Below are positions 1-14,600 of a stretch of 64,000 nucleotides of DNA, piece after piece. Position numbers and translations under genes: made by a program. The notes beneath the pieces were generated by a model. The model did no database searches, was not told the DNA's origin, and worked only from the letters and a program-made list of their open reading frames with translations. The stretch spans positions 38,068,001 to 38,132,000 of the forward strand of contig OZ024750.1 in the NCBI GenBank assembly GCA_964016885.1, written 5' to 3'. This DNA is from Eledone cirrhosa (taxonomy: Eukaryota). Position 1 is the first letter of the stretch. Each line of letters begins with the position of its first letter.

Positions 1-1120
1 TAACCTGTACACCGTATGTGATGTAACATGAAGCTATAGCTAACCTGTACACTGTATGTGATGTACCATGAAGCTATGACTAACCTGTACACTGTATGTG
101 ATGTACCATGAAGCTATGACTAACCTGTACACTGTATGTGATGTACCATGAAGCTATGGCTATCATGTACACTGTATGTGATGTACCATGAAGCGATGGC
201 TAACCTGTACACTGTATGTGATGTACCATGAAGCTATGGCTAACCTGTACACTGTATGTGATGTACCATGAAGCTATGACTAACCTGTACACTGTATGTG
301 ATGTACCATGAAGCTATGACTAACCTGTACACTGTATGTGATGTACCATGAATCTATGGCTAACCTGTACACTGTATGTGATGTACCATGAAGCTATGAC
401 TAACCTATACACTGTATGTGATGTACCATGAAGCTATGACTAACCTGTACACCGTATGTGATGTACCATGAAGCTATAACTAACCTATACACTGTATGTG
501 ATGTACCATGAAGCTATGACTAACCTGTACACTGTATGTGATGTACCATGAAGCTATGACTAACCTATACACTGTATGTGATGTACCATGCAGCTATGAC
601 TAACCTGTACACTGTATGTGATGTACCATGAAGCTATAGCTAACCTGTACACTGTATGTGATGTACCATGAAGCTATGACTAACCTGTACACTGTATGTG
701 ATGTACCATGAAGCTATCACTAACCTGTACACTGTATGTGATGTAGAATGAAGCTATAGCTAACCTGTACACTGTATGTGATGTACCATGAAGCTATGAC
801 TAACCTGTACACTGTATGCGATGTACCATGAAGCTATAGCTAACCTATACACTCTATGTGATGTACCATGAAGCTATGACTAACCTGTACACTGTATGTG
901 ATGTACCATGAAGCTATGGCTAACCTGTACACTGTATGTGATGTAACATGAAGCTATAGCTAGCCTGTACACTGTATGTGATGTACCATGAAGCTATGAC
1001 TAACCTGTACACTGTATGTGATGTACCATGAAGCTATGACTAACCTGTACACTGTATGTGATTTACCATGAAGCTATGACTAACATGTACACTGTATGCG
1101 ATGTACCATGAAGCTATGAC

Positions 1121-1840
1121 TAACCTATACACTGTATGTGATGTACCATGAAGCTATGACTAAACTTTACACTGTATGTGATGTACCATGAAGCTATGGC
1201 TAACCTGTACACTGTATGTGATGTACCATGAAGCTATGGCTAACCTGTACACTGTATGTGATGTACCATGAAGTTATAGCTAATCTGTACACTGTATGTG
1301 ATGTAACATGAAGCTATAGCTAACCTGTACACTGTATGTGATGTACCATGAAGCTATGACTAACCTGTACACTGTATGTGATGTACCATGAAGCTATAGC
1401 TAACCTATACACTGTATGTGATGTACCATGAAGCTATGACTAACCTGTACACTGTATCTGATGTACCATGAAGCTATTACTAACCTATACACTGTATGTG
1501 ATGTACCATGAAGCTATGACTAAACTTTACACTGTATGTGATGTACCATGAAGCTATGGCTAACCTGTACACTGTATGTGATGTACCATGAAGCTATAGC
1601 TAACCTGTACACTGTATGTGATGTACCATGAAGTTATAGCTAATCTGTACACTGTATGTGATGTAACATGAAGCTATAGCTAACCTGTACACTGTATGTG
1701 ATGTACCATGAAGCTATGACTAACCTGTACACTTTATGTGATGTACCATGAAGCTATAGCTAACCTATACATTGTATGTGATGTACCATGAAGCTATGAC
1801 TAACCTGTACACTGTATCTGATGTACCATGAAGCTATAAC
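1121..1840. repeat. 360-bp (9-monomer) tandem duplication, diverged
   Basis: Paired markers at offset 360: taaactttac 1161/1521, aagttatagctaatctg 1271/1631, actgtatctg 1451/1811. The pair recurs at about 7842/8202, 16920/17280 and 22240/22600. Confidence 0.85.
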
Positions 1841-2879
1841 TAACCTATACACTGTATGTGATGTACCATGAAGCTATGACTAACATGTACACTGTATGTG
1901 ATGTACCATGAAGCTATGCCTAACCTGTACACTGTATGTGATGCACCATGAAGCTATGCTAAACGGTACACTGTATGTGATGTACCATGAAGCTATGGCT
2001 AACCTGTACAATGTATGTGATGTACCATGAAGCTATGACTAACCTATACACTGTATGTGATGTACCATGAAGCTATGACTAACCTGTACACTGTATGTGA
2101 TGTACCATGAAGCTATGGCTAACCTGTACACTGTATGTGATGTACCATGAAGCTATGACTAACCTGTACACTGTATGTGATGTACCATGAAGCTATGGCT
2201 AACCTGTACACTGTATGTGATGTACCATGAAGCTATGGCTAACCTGTACACTGTATGTGATGTACCATGAAGCTATGGCTAACCTGTACACTGTATGTGA
2301 TGTACCATGAAGCTATAGGTAACCTGTACACTGTATGTGATGTACCCTGAAGCTATGACTAACCTGTACACTGTATGTGATGTACCATGAAGCTATGGCT
2401 AACCTGTACACCGTATGTGATGTAACATGAAGCTATAGCTAACCTGTACACTGTATGTGATGTACCATGAAGCTATGACTAACCTGTACACTGTATGTGA
2501 TGTACCATGAAGCTATGACTAACCTGTACACTGTATGTGATGTACCATGAAGCTATGGCTATCATGTACACTGTATGTGATGTACCATGAAGCGATGGCT
2601 AACCTGTACACTGTATGTGATGTACCATGAAGCTATGGCTAACCTGTACACTGTATGTGATGTACCATGAAGCTATGGCTAACCTGTACACTGTATGTGA
2701 TGTACCATGAAGCTATGACTAACCTGTACACTGTATATGATGTACCATGAAGCTATGACTAACATGTACACTGTATGCGATGTACCATGAAGCTATGACT
2801 AACCTGTACACTGTATGTGATGTACCATGAAGCTATGGCTAACCTGTACACTGTATGTGATGAACCATGAAGCTATGAC

Positions 2880-5630
2880 TAACCTGTACACTGTATGTGA
2901 TGTACCATGAAGCTATGACTAACCTGTACACTGTATGTGATGTACCATGAAGCTATGGCTAACCTGTACACTGTATGTGATGTAACATGAAGCTATAGCT
3001 AACCTGTACACTGTATGTGATGTACCATGAAGCTATGACTAACCTGTACACTGTATGTGATGTACCATGAAGCTATGACTAACCCGTACACTGTATGTGA
3101 TGTAACATGTAGCTATAGCTAACCTGTACACTGTATGTGATGTACCATGAAGCTATGATTAACCTGTACACTGTATGTGATGTACCATGAAGCTATAGCT
3201 AACCTATACACTGTATGTGATGTACCATGAAGCTATGACTAATCTGTACACTGTATGTGATGTACCATGAAGCTATGGCTAACCTGTACACCGTATGTGA
3301 TGTAACATGAAGCTATAGCTAACCTGTACACTGTATGTGATGTACCATGAAGCTATGACTAACCTGTACACTGTATGTGATGTATCATGAAGCTATGACT
3401 AACCTGTACACTGTATGTGATGTACCATGAAGCTATCACTAACCTGTACACTGTATGTGATGTACCATGAAGCTATGACTAACCTGTACACTGTATGTGA
3501 TGTACCATGAAGCTATGACTAACCTATACACTGTATTTGATGTACCATGAAGCTATGACTAACCTTTACACTGTATGTGATGTACCATGAATTCTATGAC
3601 TAACCTGTACACTCTATGTGATGTACCATGAAGCTATGACTAACCTATACACTGTATGTGATGTACCATGAAGCTATGACTAACCTTTACACTGTATGTG
3701 ATGTACCATGAAGCTATGGCTAACCTGTACACTGTATGTGATGTACCATGAAGCTATGGCTAACCTGTACACTGTATGTGATGTACCATGAAGTTATAGC
3801 TAATCTGTACACTGTATGTGATGTAACATGAAGCTATAGCTAACCTGTACACTGTATGTGATGTACCATGAAGCTATGACTAACCTGTACACTGTATGTG
3901 ATGTACCATGAAGCTATAGCTAACCTATACACTGTATGTGATGTACCATGAAGCTATGACTAACCTGTACACTGTATGTGATGTACCATGAAGCTATGAC
4001 TAACCTATACACTGTATGTGATGTACCATGAAGCTATGACTAACCTGTACAATGTATGTGATGTACCATGAAGCTATGACTAACATGTAACCTGTATGTG
4101 ATGTACCATAAAGCTATGACTAACCTGTACACTGTATGTGATGTACCATGAAGCTATGCTAACCTGTACACTGTATGTGATGTACCATGAAGCTATGACT
4201 AACCTGTACACTGTATATGATGTACCATGAAGCTATGACTAACATGTACACTGTATGCGATGTACCATGAAGCTATGACTAACCTGTACACTGTATGTGA
4301 TGTACCATGAAGCTATAACTAACCTGTACACTGTATGTGATGTACCATGAAGCTATAGGTAACCTCTACACTGTATGTGATGTACCATGAAGCTATGACT
4401 AACCTGTACACTGTATGTGATTTACCATGAAGCTATGACTAACCTTTACACTGTATGTGATGTACCATGAAGCTTTGGCTAACATGTACACTGTATGTGA
4501 TGTACCATGAAGCTATGACTAACCTGTACACTGTATGTGATGTACCATGAAGCTATGGCTAACCTGTACACTGTATGTGATGAACCATGAAGCTATGACT
4601 AACCTGTACACTGTATGTGATGTTCCATGAAGCTATGACTAACCTGTACACTGTATGTGATGTACCATGAAGCTATGGCTAACCTGTACACTGTATGTGA
4701 TGTACCATGAAGCTATGACTAACTTGTACACTGTATATGATGTACCATGAAGCTATGACTAACATGTACACTGTATGCGATGTACCATGAAGCTATGACT
4801 AACCTGTACACTGTATGTGATGTACCATGAAGCTATGACTAACCTGTACACTGTATGTGATGTACCATGAAGCTATGGCTAACCTGTACACTGTATGTGA
4901 TGTAACATGAAGCTATAGCTAACCTGTACACTGTATGTGATGTACCATGAAGCTATGACTAACCTGTACACTGTATGTGATGTACCATGAAGCTATGACT
5001 AACCCGTACACTGTATGTGATGTAACATGAAGCTATAGCTAACCACTACACTGTATGTGATGTACCATGAAGCTATGATTAACCTGTACACTGTATGTGA
5101 TGTACCATGAAGCTATAGCTAACCTATACACTGTATGTGATGTACCATGAAGCTATGACTAATCTGTACACTGTATGTGATGTACCATGAAGCTATGGCT
5201 AACCTGTACACCGTATGTGATGTAACATGAAGCTATAGCTAACCTGTACACTGTATGTGATGTACCATGAAGCTATGACTAACCTGTACACTGTATGTGA
5301 TGTACCATGAAGCTATGACTAACCTGTACACTGTATGTGATGTACCATGAAGCTATCACTAACCTGTACACTGTATGTGATGTACCATGAAGCTATGACT
5401 AACCTGTACACTGTATGTGATGTACCATGAAGCTATGACTAACCTATACACTGTATTTGATGTACCATGAAGCTATGACTAACCTTTACACTGTATGTGA
5501 TGTACCATGAATTCTATGACTAACCTGTACACTCTATGTGATGTACCATGAAGCTATGACTAACCTATACACTGTATGTGATGTACCATGAAGCTATGAC
5601 TAACCTTTACACTGTATGTGATGTACCATG
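2880..5630. repeat. ~0.8-kb block repeated at 1920-bp (48-monomer) offset
   Basis: aacccgtaca 3081/5001, agctatgatt 3151/5071, agctatcact 3431/5351, GAATTC 3589/5509. Confidence 0.8.
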
Positions 5631-7020
5631 AAGCTATGACTAACCTGTACACTGTATGTGATGTACCATGAAGCTATGGCTAACCTGTACACTGTATGTG
5701 ATGTACCATGAAGCTATGGCTAACCTGTACACTGTATGTGATGTACCATGAAGCTATAGGTAACCTGTACACTGTATGTGATGTACCCTGAAGCTATGAC
5801 TAACCTGTACACTGTATGTGATGTACCATGAAGCTATGGCTAACCTGTACACCGTATGTGATGTAACATGAAGCTATAGCTAACCTGTACACTGTATGTG
5901 ATGTACCATGAAGCTATGACTAACCTGTACACTGTATGTGATGTACCATGAAGCTATGACTAACCTGTACACTGTATGTGATGTACCATGAAGCTATGGC
6001 TATCATGTACACTGTATGTGATGTACCATGAAGCGATGGCTAACCTGTACACTGTATGTGATGTACCATGAAGCTATGGCTAACCTGTACACTGTATGTG
6101 ATGTACCATGAAGCTATGACTAACCTGTACACTGTATGTGATGTACCATGAAGCTATGACTAACCTGTACACTGTATGTGATGTACCATGAAGCTATCAC
6201 TAACCTGTACACTGTATGTGATGTACCATGAAGCTATGACTAACCTGTACACTGTATGTGATGTACCATGAAGCTATGACTAACCTATACACTGTATTTG
6301 ATGTACCATGAAGCTATGACTAACCTTTACACTGTATGTGATGTACCATGAATTCTATGACTAACCTGTACACTCTATGTGATGTACCATGAAGCTATGA
6401 CTAACCTATACACTGTATGTGATGTACCATGAAGCTATGACTAACCTTTACACTGTATGTGATGTACCATGAAGCTATGACTAACCTGTACACTGTATGT
6501 GATGTACCATGAAGCTATGGCTAACCTGTACACTGTATGTGATGTACCATGAAGCTATGGCTAACCTGTACACTGTATGTGATGTACCATGAAGCTATAG
6601 GTAACCTGTACACTGTATGTGATGTACCCTGAAGCTATGACTAACCTGTACACTGTATGTGATGTACCATGAAGCTATGGCTAACCTGTACACCGTATGT
6701 GATGTAACATGAAGCTATAGCTAACCTGTACACTGTATGTGATGTACCATGAAGCTATGACTAACCTGTACACTGTATGTGATGTACCATGAAGCTATGA
6801 CTAACCTGTACACTGTATGTGATGTACCATGAAGCTATGGCTATCATGTACACTGTATGTGATGTACCATGAAGCGATGGCTAACCTGTACACTGTATGT
6901 GATGTACCATGAAGCTATGGCTAACCTGTACACTGTATGTGATGTACCATGAAGCTATGACTAACCTGTACACTGTATGTGATGTACCATGAAGCTATGA
7001 CTAACCTGTACACTGTATGT
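5240..7020. repeat. 841-bp (21-monomer) tandem duplication
   Basis: Offset 841: GAATTC 5509/6350, aagctatagg 5751/6592, tatcatgtac 6001/6842, aagcgatgg 6031/6872. Confidence 0.88.
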
Positions 7021-10000
7021 GATGTACCATGAATCTATGGCTAACCTGTACACTGTATGTGATGTACCATGAAGCTATGACTAACCTATACACTGTATGT
7101 GATGTACCATGAAGCTATGACTAACCTGTACACCGTATGTGATGTACCATGAAGCTATAACTAACCTATACACTGTATGTGATGTACCATGAAGCTATGA
7201 CTAACCTGTACACTGTATGTGATGTACCATGAAGCTATGACTAACCTATACACTGTATGTGATGTACCATGCAGCTATGACTAACCTGTACACTGTATGT
7301 GATGTACCATGAAGCTATAGCTAACCTGTACACTGTATGTGATGTACCATGAAGCTATGACTAACCTGTACACTGTATGTGATGTACCATGAAGCTATCA
7401 CTAACCTGTACACTGTATGTGATGTAGAATGAAGCTATAGCTAACCTGTACACTGTATGTGATGTACCATGAAGCTATGACTAACCTGTACACTGTATGC
7501 GATGTACCATGAAGCTATAGCTAACCTATACACTCTATGTGATGTACCATGAAGCTATGACTAACCTGTACACTGTATGTGATGTACCATGAAGCTATGG
7601 CTAACCTGTACACTGTATGTGATGTAACATGAAGCTATAGCTAGCCTGTACACTGTATGTGATGTACCATGAAGCTATGACTAACCTGTACACTGTATGT
7701 GATGTACCATGAAGCTATGACTAACCTGTACACTGTATGTGATTTACCATGAAGCTATGACTAACATGTACACTGTATGCGATGTACCATGAAGCTATGA
7801 CTAACCTATACACTGTATGTGATGTAACATGAAGCTATGACTAAACTTTACACTGTATGTGATGTACCATGAAGCTATGGCTAACCTGTACACTGTATGT
7901 GATGTACCATGAAGCTATGGCTAACCTGTACACTGTATGTGATGTACCATGAAGTTATAGCTAATCTGTACACTGTATGTGATGTAACATGAAGCTATAG
8001 CTAACCTGTACACTGTATGTGATGTACCATGAAGCTATGACTAACCTGTACACTGTATGTGATGTACCATGAAGCTATAGCTAACCTATACACTGTATGT
8101 GATGTACCATGAAGCTATGACTAACCTGTACACTGTATCTGATGTACCATGAAGCTATTACTAACCTATACACTGTATGTGATGTACCATGAAGCTATGA
8201 CTAAACTTTACACTGTATGTGATGTACCATGAAGCTATGGCTAACCTGTACACTGTATGTGATGTACCATGAAGCTATAGCTAACCTGTACACTGTATGT
8301 GATGTACCATGAAGTTATAGCTAATCTGTACACTGTATGTGATGTAACATGAAGCTATAGCTAACCTGTACACTGTATGTGATGTACCATGAAGCTATGA
8401 CTAACCTGTACACTTTATGTGATGTACCATGAAGCTATAGCTAACCTATACATTGTATGTGATGTACCATGAAGCTATGACTAACCTGTACACTGTATCT
8501 GATGTACCATGAAGCTATAACTAACCTATACACTGTATGTGATGTACCATGAAGCTATGACTAACATGTACACTGTATGTGATGTACCATGAAGCTATGC
8601 CTAACCTGTACACTGTATGTGATGCACCATGAAGCTATGCTAAACGGTACACTGTATGTGATGTACCATGAAGCTATGGCTAACCTGTACAATGTATGTG
8701 ATGTACCATGAAGCTATGACTAACCTATACACTGTATGTGATGTACCATGAAGCTATGACTAACCTGTACACTGTATGTGATGTACCATGAAGCTATGGC
8801 TAACCTGTACACTGTATGTGATGTACCATGAAGCTATGACTAACCTGTACACTGTATGTGATGTACCATGAAGCTATGGCTAACCTGTACACTGTATGTG
8901 ATGTACCATGAAGCTATGGCTAACCTGTACACTGTATGTGATGTACCATGAAGCTATGGCTAACCTGTACACTGTATGTGATGTACCATGAAGCTATAGG
9001 TAACCTGTACACTGTATGTGATGTACCCTGAAGCTATGACTAACCTGTACACTGTATGTGATGTACCATGAAGCTATGGCTAACCTGTACACCGTATGTG
9101 ATGTAACATGAAGCTATAGCTAACCTGTACACTGTATGTGATGTACCATGAAGCTATGACTAACCTGTACACTGTATGTGATGTACCATGAAGCTATGAC
9201 TAACCTGTACACTGTATGTGATGTACCATGAAGCTATGGCTATCATGTACACTGTATGTGATGTACCATGAAGCGATGGCTAACCTGTACACTGTATGTG
9301 ATGTACCATGAAGCTATGGCTAACCTGTACACTGTATGTGATGTACCATGAAGCTATGGCTAACCTGTACACTGTATGTGATGTACCATGAAGCTATGAC
9401 TAACCTGTACACTGTATATGATGTACCATGAAGCTATGACTAACATGTACACTGTATGCGATGTACCATGAAGCTATGACTAACCTGTACACTGTATGTG
9501 ATGTACCATGAAGCTATGGCTAACCTGTACACTGTATGTGATGAACCATGAAGCTATGACTAACCTGTACACTGTATGTGATGTACCATGAAGCTATGAC
9601 TAACCTGTACACTGTATGTGATGTACCATGAAGCTATGGCTAACCTGTACACTGTATGTGATGTAACATGAAGCTATAGCTAACCTGTACACTGTATGTG
9701 ATGTACCATGAAGCTATGACTAACCTGTACACTGTATGTGATGTACCATGAAGCTATGACTAACCCGTACACTGTATGTGATGTAACATGTAGCTATAGC
9801 TAACCTGTACACTGTATGTGATGTACCATGAAGCTATGATTAACCTGTACACTGTATGTGATGTACCATGAAGCTATAGCTAACCTATACACTGTATGTG
9901 ATGTACCATGAAGCTATGACTAATCTGTACACTGTATGTGATGTACCATGAAGCTATGGCTAACCTGTACACCGTATGTGATGTAACATGAAGCTATAGC

Positions 10001-11680
10001 TAACCTGTACACTGTATGTGATGTACCATGAAGCTATGACTAACCTGTACACTGTATGTGATGTACCATGAAGCTATGACTAACCTGTACACTGTATGTG
10101 ATGTACCATGAAGCTATCACTAACCTGTACACTGTATGTGATGTACCATGAAGCTATGACTAACCTGTACACTGTATGTGATGTACCATGAAGCTATGAC
10201 TAACCTATACACTGTATTTGATGTACCATGGAGCTATGACTAACCTTTACACTGTATGTGATGTACCATGAATTCTATGACTAACCTGTACACTCTATGT
10301 GATGTACCATGAAGCTATGACTAACCTATACACTGTATGTGATGTACCATGAAGCTATGACTAACCTGTACACTGTATGTGATGTACCATGAAGTTATAG
10401 CTAATCTGTACACTGTATGTGATGTAACATGAAGCTATAGCTAACCTGTACACTGTATGTGATGTACCATGAAGCTATGACTAACCTGTACACTGTATGT
10501 GATGTACCATGAAGCTATAGCTAACCTATACACTGTATGTGATGTACCATGAAGCTATGACTAACCTGTACACTGTATGTGATGTACCATGAAGCTATGA
10601 CTAACCTATACACTGTATGTGATGTACCATGAAGCTATGACTAACCTGTACAATGTATGTGATGTACCATGAAGCTATGACTAACATGTAACCTGTATGT
10701 GATGTACCATAAAGCTATGACTAACCTGTACACTGTATGTGATGTACCATGAAGCTATGCTAACCTGTACACTGTATGTGATGTACCATGAAGCTATGAC
10801 TAACCTGTACACTGTATATGATGTACCATGAAGCTATGACTAACATGTACACTGTATGCGATGTACCATGAAGCTATGACTAACCTGTACACTGTATGTG
10901 ATGTACCATGAAGCTATAACTAACCTGTACACTGTATGTGATGTACCATGAAGCTATAGGTAACCTCTACACTGTATGTGATGTACCATGAAGCTATGAC
11001 TAACCTGTACACTGTATGTGATTTACCATGAAGCTATGACTAACCTTTACACTGTATGTGATGTACCATGAAGCTTTGGCTAACATGTACACTGTATGTG
11101 ATGTACCATGAAGCTATGACTAACCTGTACACTGTATGTGATGTACCATGAAGCTATGGCTAACCTGTACACTGTATGTGATGAACCATGAAGCTATGAC
11201 TAACCTGTACACTGTATGTGATGTTCCATGAAGCTATGACTAACCTGTACACTGTATGTGATGTACCATGAAGCTATGGCTAACCTGTACACTGTATGTG
11301 ATGTACCATGAAGCTATGACTAACTTGTACACTGTATATGATGTACCATGAAGCTATGACTAACATGTACACTGTATGCGATGTACCATGAAGCTATGAC
11401 TAACCTGTACACTGTATGTGATGTACCATGAAGCTATGACTAACCTGTACACTGTATGTGATGTACCATGAAGCTATGGCTAACCTGTACACTGTATGTG
11501 ATGTAACATGAAGCTATAGCTAACCTGTACACTGTATGTGATGTACCATGAAGCTATGACTAACCTGTACACTGTATGTGATGTACCATGAAGCTATGAC
11601 TAACCCGTACACTGTATGTGATGTAACATGAAGCTATAGCTAACCACTACACTGTATGTGATGTACCATGAAGCTATGAT

Positions 11681-14600
11681 TAACCTGTACACTGTATGTG
11701 ATGTACCATGAAGCTATAGCTAACCTATACACTGTATGTGATGTACCATGAAGCTATGACTAATCTGTACACTGTATGTGATGTACCATGAAGCTATGGC
11801 TAACCTGTACACCGTATGTGATGTAACATGAAGCTATAGCTAACCTGTACACTGTATGTGATGTACCATGAAGCTATGACTAACCTGTACACTGTATGTG
11901 ATGTACCATGAAGCTATGACTAACCTGTACACTGTATGTGATGTACCATGAAGCTATCACTAACCTGTACACTGTATGTGATGTACCATGAAGCTATGAC
12001 TAACCTGTACACTGTATGTGATGTACCATGAAGCTATGACTAACCTATACACTGTATTTGATGTACCATGAAGCTATGACTAACCTTTACACTGTATGTG
12101 ATGTACCATGAATTCTATGACTAACCTGTACACTCTATGTGATGTACCATGAAGCTATGACTAACCTATACACTGTATGTGATGTACCATGAAGCTATGA
12201 CTAACCTTTACACTGTATGTGATGTACCATGAAGCTATGACTAACCTGTACACTGTATGTGATGTACCATGAAGCTATGGCTAACCTGTACACTGTATGT
12301 GATGTACCATGAAGTTATAGCTAATCTGTACACTGTATGTGATGTAACATGAAGCTATAGCTAACCTGTACACTGTATGTGATGTACCATGAAGCTATGA
12401 CTAACCTGTACACTGTATGTGATGTACCATGAAGCTATAGCTAACCTATACACTGTATGTGATGTACCATGAAGCTATGACTAACCTGTACACTGTATGT
12501 GATGTACCATGAAGCTATGACTAACCTATACACTGTATGTGATGTACCATGAAGCTATGACTAACCTGTACACTGTATGTGATGTACCATGAAGCTATGA
12601 CTAACATGTAACCTGTATGTGATGTACCATAAAGCTATGACTAACCTGTACACTGTATGTGATGTACCATGAAGCTATGCTAACCTGTACACTGTATGTG
12701 ATGTACCATGAAGCTATGGCTAACCTGTACAATGTATGTGATGTACCATGAAGCTATGACTAACCTATACACTGTATGTGATGTACCATGAAGCTATGAC
12801 TAACCTGTACACTGTCTGTGATGTACCATGAAGCTATGGCTAAACTGTACACTGTATGTGACTTACCATGAAGCTATGGCTAACCTGTACACTGTATGTG
12901 ATGTACCATGAAGCTATGACTAACCTGTACACTGTATATGATGTACCATGAAGCTATGACTAACATGTACACTGTATGCGATGTACCATGAAGCTATGAC
13001 TGACCTGTACACTGTATGTGATGTACCATGAAGCTATGACTAACCTGTACACTGTATGTGACGTACCATGAAGTTATGACTAACCTGTACACTGTATGTG
13101 ATGTACCATGAATCTATGGCTAACCTGTACACTGTATGTGATGTACCATGAAGCTATGACTAACCTATACACTGTATGTGATGTACCATGAAGCTATGAC
13201 TAACCTGTACACCGTATGTGATGTACCATGAAGCTATAACTAACCTATACACTGTATGTGATGTACCATGAAGCTATGACTAACCTGTACACTGTATGTG
13301 ATGTACCATGAAGCTATGACTAACATGTAACCTGTATGTGATGTACCATGAAGCTATGACTAACCTGTACACTGTATGTGATGTACCATGAAGCTATGCT
13401 AACCTGTACACTGTATGTGATGTACCATGAAGCTATGGCTAACCTGTACAATGTATGTGATGTACCATGAAGCTATGACTAACCTATACACTGTATGTGA
13501 TGTACCATGAAACTATGACTAACCTGTACACTGTCTGTGATGTACCATGAAGCTATGGCTAAACTGTACACTGTATGTGACTTACCATGAAGCTATGGCT
13601 AACCTGTACACTGTATGTGATGTACCATGAAGCTATGACTAACCTGTACACTGTATATGATGTACCATGAAGCTATGACTAACATGTACACTGTATGCGA
13701 TGTACCATGAAGCTATGACTAACCTGTACACTGTATGTGATGTACCATGAAGCTATGACTAACCTGTACACTGTATGTGATGTACCATGAAGCTATGACT
13801 AACCTGTACACTGTATGTGATGTACCATGAATCTATGGCTAACCTGTACACTGTATGTGATGTACCATGAAGCTATGACTAACCTATACACTGTATGTGA
13901 TGTACCATGAAGCTATGACTAACCTGTACACCGTATGTGATGTACCATGAAGCTATAACTAACCTGTACACTGTATGTGATGTACCATGAAGCTATAGCT
14001 AACCTATACACTGTATGTGATGTACCATGAAGCTATGACTAATCTGTACACTGTATGTGATGTACCATGAAGCTATGGCTAACCTGTACACCGTATGTGA
14101 TGTAACATGAAGCTATAGCTAACCTGTACACTGTATGTGATGTACCATGAAGCTATGACTAACCTGTACACTGTATGTGATGTACCATGAAGCTATGACT
14201 AACCTGTACACTGTATGTGATGTACCATGAAGCTATCACTAACCTGTACACTGTATGTGATGTACCATGAAGCTATGACTAACCTGTACACTGTATGTGA
14301 TGTACCATGAAGCTATGACTAACCTATACACTGTATTTGATGTACCATGAAGCTATGACTAACCTTTACACTGTATGTGATGTACCATGAATTCTATGAC
14401 TAACCTGTACACTCTATGTGATGTACCATGAAGCTATGACTAACCTATACACTGTATGTGATGTACCATGAAGCTATGACTAACCTTTACACTGTATGTG
14501 ATGTACCATGAAGCTATGACTAACCTGTACACTGTATGTGATGTACCATGAAGCTATGGCTAACCTGTACACTGTATGTGATGTACCATGAAGTTATAGC

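Larger units (their letters stand above)
1..12310. repeat. ~6.6-6.7-kb (165-167 monomer) duplication
   Basis: Offset 6681: atgtagaatg 741/7422, aaacggtac 1961/8642, GAATTC 3589/10270. Offset falls to 6601 after a two-monomer deletion near 10350: AAGCTT 4470/11071, aaccactac 5041/11642, GAATTC 5509/12110. Confidence 0.9.

Noticed and set aside
41-80. Dense short palindromes (TGTACA, GTAC, CATG, AGCT) as a regulatory or operator array, or a structured ncRNA
   Set aside because: 4-6-bp palindromes are expected by chance. No long hairpin, promoter or terminator can be supported from the sequence.
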